DNA of 64,000 nucleotides from Bythopirellula sp. (GCA_965216565.1 OZ244170.1:3968001-4032000), one strand, 5' to 3'. Shown: positions 20,575 through 30,650, counted from the first letter of the stretch. The notes: a model not told the origin generated them from the letters alone. Made by a program: numbers and translations.

Positions 20575-22398
20575 TTACTCCAAGGGAATGGTGACTAAGA
20601 AAGTGCTGCCTTTGTCGAGGGTGCTTTCGACAGTGATATCTCCACCGTGCATGCGAACCACTTCTCTGGCAAGCGAGAGTCCCAAGCCGGTGCCAACTTC
20701 GTCTTGCACACGGCTGTCAGACGAACGGAAGAACTTGTCGAACACATGCGGTAACTCTTCTTCAGAGATGCCAACACCTGTATCTTCGATGGCGATCTCA
20801 AGCGATTCGTCGTCCAGTTTCACCTTCATCGCCACGTGGCCCGATTCGGGCGTGTACTTTGCGGCGTTGCCTAGCAGGTTCACTAGCACCGCTACCATTT
20901 TCTCTTTGTCGAGATTCAAGACACGCATTTTTTCTGGCAATCGAACTTCGAACTGCTGATCTTTTTGATCCATCAGGGGTTGGACCTTGGCCAGGACTTC
21001 CTCAAACAATCGGGCAGTATCTGTCTTTTGACGATCGGCAGACAGCGAGCCCACTTCCATGCTGCTAATGCTCAGCAGATCGTCGACAAAGCGGGCCAGA
21101 CGGGTCACCTCGCTATTGATCGTGTTACAGAATTCCTTCTGCTGCTCGACTTCGATGTTCTTGCTTGTGGCCAGCATCTCTGCGTAGGCCTTGATATTCG
21201 AAAGTGGTGTCCGTAGCTCGTGGGTCGCGGTGTCGATAAATTGATCTCGCATTTGGTCAGCGAGTTTTTGCTGAGTAACATCTCGAAGCGACCACACCAG
21301 CCCCTTGAAGGACTCGCCTACCAGGGGTTGTCGCGAAACGCGTAAGACACGCTGCGAATCCCCCTCCTGCCGCTGCGCCTCGGAGACAACCTGACGATTT
21401 TGGCATTGCGGGTCGAACAAGGGGCAAGCATCTAGTTCTGGCAGTTCGTCCAGTAGCCTTTCGCCAAGCATTGTCCCCTGCAAGGAGTGTTCGTCGTCCG
21501 TGCCGAGCAAAGCACTTATGGCGCGGTTCGCAAAAGTAATCTTTCCTTCAGGGTCAGTCAGCACGATGCCGTCGGAGAGATTTTGTAGAACCTCGGCCAT
21601 TTCATTTTCATTACGGGAGGCTGCCGCGTCTGCCAGTCGTTTTTCGATCTCGCTGCCAGAGGTTTTGTTCTCGCTATCCGCGAGAGCGGCGATAAGGCGA
21701 TTCCATCCTAATGCCGAGGCACTACGCGTCTTCAGCTTTTGTGGAGTTAACTTTGCGTGTGGAGATTGCAATGCTAGGGACCGCAATTGAGCATCGATTT
21801 GGGCATGACTGCTGGTGATCGTCCAGAGGATCTTGCCACCAATTGCCACGAATACTAGCGGAATAAGAAGCACGAGTGGTGCGTACTTGTCCAACTTGTG
21901 CAAAGTAGCCAGCAAGCTGGACTCACCGAAGGCAATTTTCAAGGTGCCAATCTGCTTCGAGTTCACCATGAGAGGGACATGGTATTCCTGTATCTGGCGT
22001 CCTTCGGACCCAGTGAACCGGATGCCCTGAACATTTTCCCAGGTTAGCAGACTGCCCTGAGGCTTAACTTCAGGGGAACCGACTAAGGAAACGTCGCTAT
22101 GCGCTAGAACGACTCCATCGATGCCAATCACGGTGGCATATTCGACGAAGGGTTGGTTATGCGCCGAGATTACCTGCTGTTGCAAGTTTTGCTGACCATG
22201 TCGCAAGTACGACATCTCGATAGCCGAAGCGGTCTTTCTCAGGCTCGCAAGACTAGAGTCGCAGGATTGTTTGTTGACAATTTCGTGCGAAATCATCAAC
22301 ACCGCCCCACCTAGCCAACAGAGCATGGCTAGAGAGAACATGAGGTAGCAGGCGACTACTTTCCTCGGGAATCCCAGATTGGTTGGAGAGGCGGACAT
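20575..22398 (-). CDS. Membrane PAS sensor histidine kinase
   Basis: Two TMs; PAS (DGIVLTDPEGKITFAN); HELRTPL; NLLGNAAKY; DTGVGI; GTGLGL. Confidence 0.94.
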   Translation of the reverse strand: MSASPTNLGFPRKVVACYLMFSLAMLCWLGGAVLMISHEIVNKQSCDSSLASLRKTASAIEMSYLRHGQQNLQQQVISAHNQPFVEYATVIGIDGVVLAHSDVSLVGSPEVKPQGSLLTWENVQGIRFTGSEGRQIQEYHVPLMVNSKQIGTLKIAFGESSLLATLHKLDKYAPLVLLIPLVFVAIGGKILWTITSSHAQIDAQLRSLALQSPHAKLTPQKLKTRSASALGWNRLIAALADSENKTSGSEIEKRLADAAASRNENEMAEVLQNLSDGIVLTDPEGKITFANRAISALLGTDDEHSLQGTMLGERLLDELPELDACPLFDPQCQNRQVVSEAQRQEGDSQRVLRVSRQPLVGESFKGLVWSLRDVTQQKLADQMRDQFIDTATHELRTPLSNIKAYAEMLATSKNIEVEQQKEFCNTINSEVTRLARFVDDLLSISSMEVGSLSADRQKTDTARLFEEVLAKVQPLMDQKDQQFEVRLPEKMRVLNLDKEKMVAVLVNLLGNAAKYTPESGHVAMKVKLDDESLEIAIEDTGVGISEEELPHVFDKFFRSSDSRVQDEVGTGLGLSLAREVVRMHGGDITVESTLDKGSTFLVTIPLE

Positions 22399-22439
22399 TT
22401 TGTTTTGCGTTGGTGGTCACGGCAGTGAAATCGACTCGA

Positions 22440-22832
22440 CTAGGAAACGGGAGTTGCCATTTGGTCAAGAACTGTTTTCACAAGTGCCGAGGGGCTAAAC
22501 GGCTTGGAAAAGACTGCATTTATTCCGAGTTCTTTCTGCAGTCGGGGTAGTTCCAATTCCAATCCTTTGGCAGTCAGCAAATTGATGGGACAGTCGACGT
22601 ACTCGGGCATTGATCGCAAATGCCCACAAAGTTCCAAGCCAGTCATCTCGGGCATCTGCTGGTCCGTAATCACCAGATCGAACTTCGTTTCTTGTGCCAA
22701 TTCGTACGCAATCCTGGCGTTCTTGGCTGTGACAGTTTCAAAGCCAGCCTCTTCCATGGCAAACTGGATGACCCTCGCCAGGGCAAGATTGTCATCTACT
22801 ATCAACACTTTTTTCAGTTCGTCGTTCATCAA
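22440..22832 (-). CDS. Single-domain response regulator
   Basis: VLIVDD, ITDQQMP, LLTAK, SKPF. Confidence 0.93.
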   Translation of the reverse strand: MMNDELKKVLIVDDNLALARVIQFAMEEAGFETVTAKNARIAYELAQETKFDLVITDQQMPEMTGLELCGHLRSMPEYVDCPINLLTAKGLELELPRLQKELGINAVFSKPFSPSALVKTVLDQMATPVS

Positions 22833-22884
22833 TACTGCCTAATTGCCTTTCAAGTCAGTGATCGACAGCTTCCAAGTCTGTGGC

Positions 22885-23319
22885 CTAGAAGTCGTCGTAA
22901 GTGGTAGCTCCGTCGCCCGAAGTTGCGCCAGTATTCGCAATGAATTCACCTGTGTCGGTATTGTACTTCCAACCGTGAGTCGGGGTTCCCGAAGCAACAA
23001 TCGGAGTGACGGTTGTTGCCTCGACGGTGTTTGTCATTGGAGCCACAGGGCTAGTTGGGAACTGTCCGCGGATGTAAGGGGCCAACGCAGTCTGCAGACT
23101 AGTAGCGGCATTCGCACAGGGTGGCAGTGTTCCACCGTTGTCCGCAGTGTAAAGCTCAATGGCATCACGGACGATCGTAAGTGTTTGCTTCAGACCGTTG
23201 TCGGTCGCAGTTTGCGAAGTGCTGAGGAACTTGGGAGCTGCAACACCGGCCAAGATTCCTAGAATCAGGACCACAACGACGAGTTCAACCAGGGTGAACG
23301 CAGAATTCTTCTTGTTCAT
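22885..23319 (-). CDS. Major (pseudo)pilin
   Basis: Class III signal MNKKNSA/FTLVELVVVVLILGILAGVAAP. Confidence 0.9.
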   Translation of the reverse strand: MNKKNSAFTLVELVVVVLILGILAGVAAPKFLSTSQTATDNGLKQTLTIVRDAIELYTADNGGTLPPCANAATSLQTALAPYIRGQFPTSPVAPMTNTVEATTVTPIVASGTPTHGWKYNTDTGEFIANTGATSGDGATTYDDF

Positions 23320-23729
23320 TGTTTTAGTACCTCAGATAAATTTCAAATTTGTGTAAGCCCTTGCAGGCCAACTTCTGTTTGACGTGACTCTAAAGGCAAC
23401 AATAGCTCTCAAATGCGTCAGAGAGCCCTACTGCCGTTAATGGGACCCACCTAGGTAGATCAATTAGTTCTTGAAAAAGTAGCTTGTACTATTTGACAAG
23501 AGTCAAACAACTCTGCTCAGGAGTCGCCAGAAATCTGTCTCTAAGCTGCACGATCGCACTAGGCGGCACAATCGGACTCTCATTGCCAACAGCTGCAACT
23601 TGTAAGCTATTATTTTCTGGTGGGAAAACGTCCTGCTGCGGAGAAAGCTCGCTTTTACGAGTAATTAAGTTTTCTGGGGTAATCCGCTTGAGGTTGTCTC
23701 GCAGTAAAGACTTAGTAGTGAAATTCGAT

Positions 23730-25379
23730 ATGGCATTAGAAATCGCATCACAAACCGAATCAGCCATCCAAGGCGCGAAGAAGAGCCTTAGCTCTTTGGA
23801 ACAAGCACTCGGTGCCCGTTTTGGAATTTGGAATTTAGCACCCGGTGGCGAATTTGAGCCCTTGGACGTTCCAGACAACAGCTCAACCGATATCTCGGTG
23901 GTTCTGGCCAGTCTGGAGCAGGCAAGCCAACAGCAAAAGACTGTATTGCAGTCGTTCGCCGGGGACCAATGTCAATTGACGGCCCCATGGCCTGCAGGCC
24001 ACACAACTCGTCTGTTTGTTACGACTACGGTTGACGATTCGCAGGCAAGTCTCGCAGCAGAGCTATTGCAGGTCACCATCCAGGGAATCAAGCAGCAATC
24101 CGAGATCCAAGACCTGAAGGAAGAGAATGCCGCCTACTTAATGCAACTCAATGAGGATATGGAAGAACTCGTCTTTCTCCGCTCAATTGCTGATAAATTG
24201 GCACTGGGTGATCTGTCGCTTAATTCCGAAAAGCTGCTGCAATACATCTTGCCCGCCCTGGGTGAGTCGACCGGAGTAGAAGCCGTTCACTTTGTTGATG
24301 GACGACGGGGGACTACGCCGGAAATTGTCGAATCCTGGTTCTGTGGCAATTGCCCGCAGCGTGTGGATATAGACATAGTCAACCTGCTTGCGGAAGACTA
24401 TTGCCCGAACGTGCAAGAGTCACCCATAGTCGAAAACAACGTACAAGACAGAGAATACGGTGCTAAGTACGAAGGCGTTGAGGGCTTCGCTATTGTGCCA
24501 GTCTCCACTCACTTGATCACATTTGGCTGGATAGTGGCTATCAATCGGAAAACAGAACAATCCAATAAGCACCAGCATCCAGTGTGGCAACTTGGCAACG
24601 ACGAGCTTGGGACTTGTGAGGTTTCACTCATGAGTACCACCGCAGCAATGGTGGCCTCCTACTCTCACAATGTTACGTTATTTGACGAACGTGAAGCACT
24701 TATGCTAAGTGTCGTGCGGACTTTAGTTTCTGCGATCGAATCTCGCGACCAATACACTTGCGGCCATAGCGAACGTGTTGCCAGATATGCCAAGAGGCTA
24801 GCCAAGGAATTGGGGTACGATCAAGAAGGCTGCAAACAGATTTACCTCACAGGTCTGCTGCACGACATTGGGAAGATTGGGTTACCCGACTCCGTCCTGA
24901 AGAAGCCTGGCTCGCTCACTAAGGAAGAATTCGCCGAGATCATGAAGCATCCCGACCTGGGTTGGGCAATTCTTCGTGAGTTGGAGCCCATGGAGTACGT
25001 GCTACCGGGAGTGTTGCATCACCACGAACGTGCCGATGGCAAAGGCTATCCCGACGGTTTGATGAGAGACAATACTCCTTTGGAGGGCCGATTGTTGGCC
25101 GTTGTCGATGCGTTCGACGCCATGACCTCCGACCGTCCCTATCGTAAAGGAATGCCCTGGGAGCAAGCGGTCAGCATTCTGCTGGACGGCGCCGATTCCC
25201 AGTGGGATGCCGAAGTCGTCGACAAATTCGTCGCTATTATGCCAGACATGCTTAGTATCCGCGATAACTATCGTCGTCCGCCGCTTCCGGTCAGAAAACC
25301 TGAAGAAGAACAAGCAGAAAGTCAGGCGCTCCCGAAGGACGAGAACTTCGACGTCAGCGAACTACTCAGCGCTCACTAA
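23730..25379 (+). CDS. HD-GYP cyclic-dinucleotide phosphodiesterase with GAF-like N-terminal region
   Basis: HSERV, LHDIGK, HHERADGKGYPDG, DAFDAMTSDRPYR; likely ATG at 23730 (ORF track opens at 23484). Confidence 0.92.
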   Translation: MALEIASQTESAIQGAKKSLSSLEQALGARFGIWNLAPGGEFEPLDVPDNSSTDISVVLASLEQASQQQKTVLQSFAGDQCQLTAPWPAGHTTRLFVTTTVDDSQASLAAELLQVTIQGIKQQSEIQDLKEENAAYLMQLNEDMEELVFLRSIADKLALGDLSLNSEKLLQYILPALGESTGVEAVHFVDGRRGTTPEIVESWFCGNCPQRVDIDIVNLLAEDYCPNVQESPIVENNVQDREYGAKYEGVEGFAIVPVSTHLITFGWIVAINRKTEQSNKHQHPVWQLGNDELGTCEVSLMSTTAAMVASYSHNVTLFDEREALMLSVVRTLVSAIESRDQYTCGHSERVARYAKRLAKELGYDQEGCKQIYLTGLLHDIGKIGLPDSVLKKPGSLTKEEFAEIMKHPDLGWAILRELEPMEYVLPGVLHHHERADGKGYPDGLMRDNTPLEGRLLAVVDAFDAMTSDRPYRKGMPWEQAVSILLDGADSQWDAEVVDKFVAIMPDMLSIRDNYRRPPLPVRKPEEEQAESQALPKDENFDVSELLSAH

Positions 25380-25425
25380 GGACCAAGTTTCTCCCGCGAA
25401 ATTGGACCATTCAAGGACACCTCTC

Positions 25426-25896
25426 GTGAAAACTCCCCGCCCAGCGCTCACGATGGTTGAACTGGTTGTCGTTGTCTTGATTGTAGGCATCATGGCTGCT
25501 GCTATCTCGCCGAGAGTGGCTAGCACGATGACTACCTCACGGGTGCGTGCGGCTGCTCAAATTATTGCCTCCGATATCGAAATGGCCGGTCATCGTGCGA
25601 AGGTCCGCGGCACCCCGCAAGAGGTTAAGTTCTCGCTCGGCAATAGTTCCTATGAATTATTGAACATGAAGCACCTTGACCATCCAGGACAAAACTACAT
25701 GGTCGATCTGACTGCCTCTCCTTACGACGCATTGTTGGATAGTGTTTCGTTTGGCTCTGACGGTACTTCGAAGTCGCTATGGTTCAACCGCTTCGGACGA
25801 CCGGACTTCGGAGGTTCGATTGTCGTAAGCGCAGGAAACAAACAGCGTACAGTGCTGGTAGACGGAGTCACCGGAAAGGCAACTGTGCAGCCATGA
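25426..25896 (+). CDS. Minor pseudopilin (GspH/FimT-like)
   Basis: GTG start at 25426; RPA/LTMVELVVVVLIVGI; C-terminal FNRFGRP...VTGK. Confidence 0.85.
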   Translation: MKTPRPALTMVELVVVVLIVGIMAAAISPRVASTMTTSRVRAAAQIIASDIEMAGHRAKVRGTPQEVKFSLGNSSYELLNMKHLDHPGQNYMVDLTASPYDALLDSVSFGSDGTSKSLWFNRFGRPDFGGSIVVSAGNKQRTVLVDGVTGKATVQP

Positions 25897-26981
25897 CTCG
25901 ACGAGCCGGATACACCTTAATCGAATTAGTCGTGAGTATGGCAGCAGCTGCCACGTTGATGGTGGGGCTGGCATCATGTCTTCACATTGCTTTTCGAGTC
26001 TTCGATGCCCAACTGGCATCCATTCGAGCATCGAAAGCTGCTGAAGTCCAAGCCGATATCATGCGAGATTTGGGTCGCGCTACGATTTTCACTAGCAGAT
26101 CCAGCGATGCGGTGACTTTCAAAGTTCCCGATGAAAACGGCGACAACGTTGAGGAGACTATCAGCTACTCGTTCGACCCCAATGGCGAGTTATCGATGAC
26201 GTTCAACGGCACGTCGAGCATTCTCCTTAGAGACCTAAGTTCTTCCCAGTTCAGTTATCTTGCACGATCGCAAGCTGGCAGTGCGCCGGTACCTGCGATG
26301 TTTGACGTCAGCAAGTGGGGAACCAGGTGGGACGGAAGCTCTACCGGGTCGGTCGTCTATGAAGAATTTACCGAGGAGAAGGAATCCTCGGATGTCAATC
26401 TGATCTCAGTTGATCTACCTGGAGGAACCGTCGCCGGAGACCTGCTGATTCTGGCGGTAGCATTTAATGGCCAAGAGTCCTTCGTCGATCCGTCGGGTTG
26501 GACACGGATTCATGCATCGGAAGATAACCAAGGCAGAGTATCACTCGGCGTGTGGTGGAAGATTGCTGATTCTCCAGAAGCCTTTAGTCACTCGGTGGCG
26601 TGGTCCGATAGCGACGAGGCCTACGGCTGGATGATGCGATTTACGGGCCACAATACGAGCAATCCGATCGAGGCTTCGGCGAATGCAAAAGGAAATTCCA
26701 TCTCACCCACCTCACCCGCCGTGAGCACGAGCGTAGACAACTGTTTGATTCTCCGACTAGGCGCTTTTGATCGCAATTATATTACGACGGACGACGCAGG
26801 AGTTACTGACCATACAACGATAACTATGGATAGTAGCAGCTCAAACGGTTCTTCGACTTCCGGTGGAGCGGCTTACGCAACACTAACCACGGCAGGCGAC
26901 AGCGGGTCAGAGACTTTCCAGCTTAGCCAGCAGGAACAGTTTGTCACCGTCACAATCGCAATTGCACCGGAGGCAAATTAA
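25893..26981 (+). CDS. Minor pseudopilin (GspJ/PilW-like) with extra C-terminal beta domain
   Basis: ATGA overlap with the upstream stop; MTRRAG/YTLIELVVSM. Confidence 0.82.
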   Translation: MTRRAGYTLIELVVSMAAAATLMVGLASCLHIAFRVFDAQLASIRASKAAEVQADIMRDLGRATIFTSRSSDAVTFKVPDENGDNVEETISYSFDPNGELSMTFNGTSSILLRDLSSSQFSYLARSQAGSAPVPAMFDVSKWGTRWDGSSTGSVVYEEFTEEKESSDVNLISVDLPGGTVAGDLLILAVAFNGQESFVDPSGWTRIHASEDNQGRVSLGVWWKIADSPEAFSHSVAWSDSDEAYGWMMRFTGHNTSNPIEASANAKGNSISPTSPAVSTSVDNCLILRLGAFDRNYITTDDAGVTDHTTITMDSSSSNGSSTSGGAAYATLTTAGDSGSETFQLSQQEQFVTVTIAIAPEAN

Positions 26982-27634
26982 TGCTTTGCAGAGTACCAGA
27001 GTTGTGCAAGCTTTTTGGCAGTCGGCGGACGTGCCGCACGGGCATCTCGCACGTGGAAGTGCTTGTTTGCATCCCGCTAGTGGGTGTCATGCTGGTCAGT
27101 GCGATGAACTCTACAGGTAGTATCGTACGCACTTGGAATTTTGCTCACGATCAGCACCGCGCTCGCGCAATCGCAGAGAATTTGATGGCGGAAATTCTGC
27201 AACAACAGTACGAAGAACCTGACGATACGCCCACCAATGGGAGGGAATCGGGCGAGTCGGCCGCTACTCGACTAAACTGGGATGACGTGGACGACTACAA
27301 CGGCTGGAGCCAATCGCCACCTGCTGATAAATCGGACACGGTGCTCAGCGGCTATGTCGGTTGGTCGCGAGCTGTGAGCATAGCATATGTTGAGCTTAAC
27401 GATCCTACCCAAACCACCGCTGATGACGAGGGTGTAAAACGAATCACAGTAACAGTCACAAATCCTACTGCAGAAACAATCGTACTGGTTGCCTACCGAT
27501 CCAAATGGGGTGCGCTCGAGGAACGACCTCTACTTAACACCAACATTCAGGGATTCGTGTCGCACGAATTGGAAGCTAGTGGTAGCACGTTTCACGATGG
27601 GGTGCAGTTGCCAAACCATTCGGAGGACGAGTGA
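26981..27634 (+). CDS. Minor pseudopilin (PilV/MshD-like)
   Basis: RTG/ISHVEVLV prepilin-like N-terminus; DDVDDYNG motif; KRITVTV. Confidence 0.8.
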   Translation: MLCRVPELCKLFGSRRTCRTGISHVEVLVCIPLVGVMLVSAMNSTGSIVRTWNFAHDQHRARAIAENLMAEILQQQYEEPDDTPTNGRESGESAATRLNWDDVDDYNGWSQSPPADKSDTVLSGYVGWSRAVSIAYVELNDPTQTTADDEGVKRITVTVTNPTAETIVLVAYRSKWGALEERPLLNTNIQGFVSHELEASGSTFHDGVQLPNHSEDE

Positions 27635-29463
27635 TGTATCGCAACCGGTCAAAGATAAAGTCTGGCCAGCGAGTTTACCGTCTTGCAAGCCTAAGTTCTC
27701 TGCGGTCAACTCGCATAGGCTCGCTGTATCTTTCTGTGTTGGTTACCTGTACCGTCGTAAGCGTCTTGGCATTGGCAGGGATGCGTGCGGCGCGTGTGCA
27801 CTTGAAATCCACCACTACCGGAGTTTATGCAAGCCAGGCACGCTTGCTTGCCAAATCGGCCATCGAATTGGGGATCGCACAACTGAGAGCGAATTCCGAT
27901 TGGCGGACGTTCTATGCTGTCGATACGCCCTACCCTTCGCCGGCGGTCGCCAGTGCGGGAGGAACCTTCTTTTGGCGACTCAAAACCAATGGAGGTTCAA
28001 ACCGATCTCTGCAAGGAATCGGCACGGTGGGCGATGCTGTTTGCACTTTGGAAGTCAAACTGTGGCAGCAACCAGACCTCGATTGTACCCTACTCGCTGG
28101 CGGCGATATCACCGTGAACACCGGTTGTTCGCTCACTTGCGAAGACGGACCGATCTGTGCCAACGGTGACTATAACAATTTAGGTTCCACTACGGCGGAT
28201 GTTGAGGCTCAGTCGATTACTGGCAATACCGTTGTAGGTACCGAAACTGTTCCAGGCAATCAACGTATCTTGCCGAGCCCAGATCCAATCTTCGAATATT
28301 ACGAGAGTCAAGGCACTCCGCTCACTCCAGCAAACATGATGGGCACGCTGATAGTTGCCCAAACGGTACTCAGTCCAAATTCCAGCTGGGGCGCCACAAA
28401 TCCGAATGGGATTTACGTAATCGATGCCGGAAATAGCAACGTCTCAATTTCTGACAGTCGGATTGTCGGCACGATTGTCGTAACAAACTTGGATCCCGGA
28501 AAAAAAGTGATTGTCGCTCAACACGTGAACTGGGAGCCAGCCCACCCAAACTATCCATCGCTATTAGTGGAAGGCGACCTTGCCATCGAGCTCAGAGATG
28601 GAGAACTAACCGAATACGTGATCTTTCCGCCTTCGTTTAACCCGTTGGGCACGCCTTATCAGGGAGACGAAGACAGCGATTGGAATGACAGCTTTGCCTC
28701 ATCACTGGCAGGCGTCGTTTATTGTACTGGTAACTTAGAAATCGACGGCAGTACCTCTGCAGATAGATCCCCTGATCTACGGGGTGTATTTATCGCCGAT
28801 GGTAATTGCATAATTCGAGACCGCATGTTCCCAACAATAAAACACGATCCAATTCCAGCGATGGACCCACCTCCCGGGTTTGGTGCCTTTGAAACCATGG
28901 AATCTGAGTCGGCCGTATCGATGTTGAGAAGCTATTCAGGCAGCGGTTTAACCGATGAACTACTAGACGACAAGCAATGGGCTCAATACTTTAAACCCAA
29001 TCTGCCAGCCGAGGCAACCGGCTGGCGAATCACCCGAGCCGAATTCTATTGCGTCAAGGAATCTAACAATAGAAATTTTGAGGTAACTCTCTATACTCCA
29101 GACGGGGGTAATATGCCCTCGAGCACGGTGATCGATTCAGTCTCGGCCAACAGCAACGATTTAAGTTCCTCGCTGAGCTGGCAAGGATTCGACTTCAGCG
29201 GGACAGCCACAATTCCGGTCGGCGATGGCGTATGCCTGGCACTGACAACTGCCGTAAGTCAAGCTCCACTGAAGCTTGAGTATTTAAGCGGCGGAGTGTC
29301 TCAACCCGACTCGGCACTAATCACGGGGGATCCCTCTTGGAACAGCTTTGAAACCGACCAAGCACTCCTTTGCCGAGTTTACGGAGTGTATTACACAGAA
29401 TCTGGAGCGTCCAAACCGGTCGTCATCGAACCGGGTAGCTGGCGTCAAATAGATAGTGACTAG
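27631..29463 (+). CDS. PilX/GspK-like large minor pilin, possible tip adhesin
   Basis: RIG/SLYLSVLV hydrophobic helix lacking Glu5; ARLLAKSAIE motif; large beta-rich C-terminal region. Confidence 0.72.
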   Translation: MMYRNRSKIKSGQRVYRLASLSSLRSTRIGSLYLSVLVTCTVVSVLALAGMRAARVHLKSTTTGVYASQARLLAKSAIELGIAQLRANSDWRTFYAVDTPYPSPAVASAGGTFFWRLKTNGGSNRSLQGIGTVGDAVCTLEVKLWQQPDLDCTLLAGGDITVNTGCSLTCEDGPICANGDYNNLGSTTADVEAQSITGNTVVGTETVPGNQRILPSPDPIFEYYESQGTPLTPANMMGTLIVAQTVLSPNSSWGATNPNGIYVIDAGNSNVSISDSRIVGTIVVTNLDPGKKVIVAQHVNWEPAHPNYPSLLVEGDLAIELRDGELTEYVIFPPSFNPLGTPYQGDEDSDWNDSFASSLAGVVYCTGNLEIDGSTSADRSPDLRGVFIADGNCIIRDRMFPTIKHDPIPAMDPPPGFGAFETMESESAVSMLRSYSGSGLTDELLDDKQWAQYFKPNLPAEATGWRITRAEFYCVKESNNRNFEVTLYTPDGGNMPSSTVIDSVSANSNDLSSSLSWQGFDFSGTATIPVGDGVCLALTTAVSQAPLKLEYLSGGVSQPDSALITGDPSWNSFETDQALLCRVYGVYYTESGASKPVVIEPGSWRQIDSD

Positions 29464-29535
29464 AACTGCCGGCTCCGTCATGTCAGTTAGAGAACAGTTC
29501 CCGGGGGTGAGGCCGATCTTTTCACACAGCGCAGC

Positions 29536-29585
29536 AAAAAAGCCAGTCGCCTGACGTGCTTCCTTGCACCTGGGACGACTGGCTT
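29536..29585 (-). terminator. Intrinsic terminator downstream of the Cys-rich lipoprotein gene
   Basis: AAGCCAGTCG/CGACTGGCTT inverted repeat followed by a T run on the minus strand. Confidence 0.7.
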
Positions 29586-29674
29586 ATGGCGCGAATCCTT
29601 TCACGCTTGACTAGTTGCTAGGGGCTAGGAGCTAGAGACTCGGGTCTCGGAACTCTATGCTCCCTGCTCTTTGC

Positions 29675-30373
29675 TTAATAAGGTCCCAACGGTTGGGGGT
29701 TGCACATCAAGAAGTCGCGCGGTCCCCGAGTGGTATAGTACGGATAAGCCGTTTGCCCGGACTGAGGACCTGGTGCGAAGTTGTAGTTGGCGGGGTACCC
29801 ACCCGAGTGCGGGCAACAACCTCCGCTGGCGAGACGGCCGGCAATACGTTGGCAAGGACCACAACCGTCGTTGCAACCCCCACACTCATCGCTACAGCCG
29901 CCACCCATCCGGCAACGCATTCGATCCATCGCGTTGCAAATACAGCAGCCGGAGCCACCATCGGAGCAGTCACCGCAGCAAGTGTCGCCACAACAACAGT
30001 CCCCACAGCACTCGTCGGCACAGCCGCAGCTGCAATCGCAGCAGCAATCCTGAGGACATCCACAGGAGCATTCGCCACAGCAACCTCCGTCACAGCAAGA
30101 GCCTTCGCTGCAACAGTCGCAGCCACATTGGCACTGGCAAGTTTGACAGCCAGACTGGGGCTGCAGGCCATACAGCAGTCCGCCCGTCATGTTCATGTCA
30201 TACCCACTCGGGCCTTCATGGTAAGCGGTCCGCATCACATTGGGACGCGACGCATTTTGGCTACGCGCAATATGGCTAGCCGGTCCGTTGTCCTTTTTCA
30301 CGAATTGGCTGCTACCAACGCAGCCAGAGGCAGCCATCGAAACGACGGCAGCCAGCACTAGAAGCTGTTTCAT
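29675..30373 (-). CDS. Cysteine-rich lipoprotein
   Basis: Lipobox ASGC; about 40 Cys in CC/CxC clusters; C-terminal YPYYTTRGPRDF motif. Confidence 0.8.
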   Translation of the reverse strand: MKQLLVLAAVVSMAASGCVGSSQFVKKDNGPASHIARSQNASRPNVMRTAYHEGPSGYDMNMTGGLLYGLQPQSGCQTCQCQCGCDCCSEGSCCDGGCCGECSCGCPQDCCCDCSCGCADECCGDCCCGDTCCGDCSDGGSGCCICNAMDRMRCRMGGGCSDECGGCNDGCGPCQRIAGRLASGGCCPHSGGYPANYNFAPGPQSGQTAYPYYTTRGPRDFLMCNPQPLGPY

Positions 30374-30576
30374 CAGATTTCCCCCTGAGTCGAATAGAGA
30401 GGAGACGCGTGAGATATGCGGGTCGGCGCGCTGCGGGCGTGCCGGTACGAGTCATCCTGTAGAACTGGTATCGGCGGTAGAATCGTCAGAATCCAACAAA
30501 TCGGAAACGACTCTCTCTTGCTAGCACTACTGTGCGTTGAGGCGATACCCTCCTAAGAACTAATCGACTTGCAACT

Positions 30577-30650
30577 TAGCCGGACCGCCACTGTCTACCC
30601 GCCGTGGTGGGCGGTCCAAGGCCCTCCGGAGGCAGGTGTGCCTCCGGCTA
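30577..30650. repeat. Palindromic dispersed repeat, copy 1
   Basis: 30 bp core CCACTGTCTACCCGCCGTGGTGGGCGGTCC (30588-30617) is identical to 56517-56546; nested inverted repeats. Confidence 0.8.

Noticed and set aside
23320..23729. Possible c-di-GMP riboswitch in the pilin/HD-GYP intergenic region
   Set aside because: Only an imperfect hairpin near 23395-23435; the GEMM consensus was not recognised. An Rfam scan would settle it
23484..23729. Long N-terminal extensions in the ORF track (also at 25207, 25779, 30636, 54672, 59287)
   Set aside because: Downstream starts fit domain boundaries, RBS-like sites or stop/start overlaps better
29611..29640. GCTAG-containing short tandem repeats
   Set aside because: Three or four degenerate units with no spacers; not CRISPR
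29657..30361. 234-aa Ala/Thr-rich plus-strand ORF and other overlapping frames
   Set aside because: Antisense shadows of the TGC-rich Cys gene, which has a lipobox, RBS-like sequence and terminator
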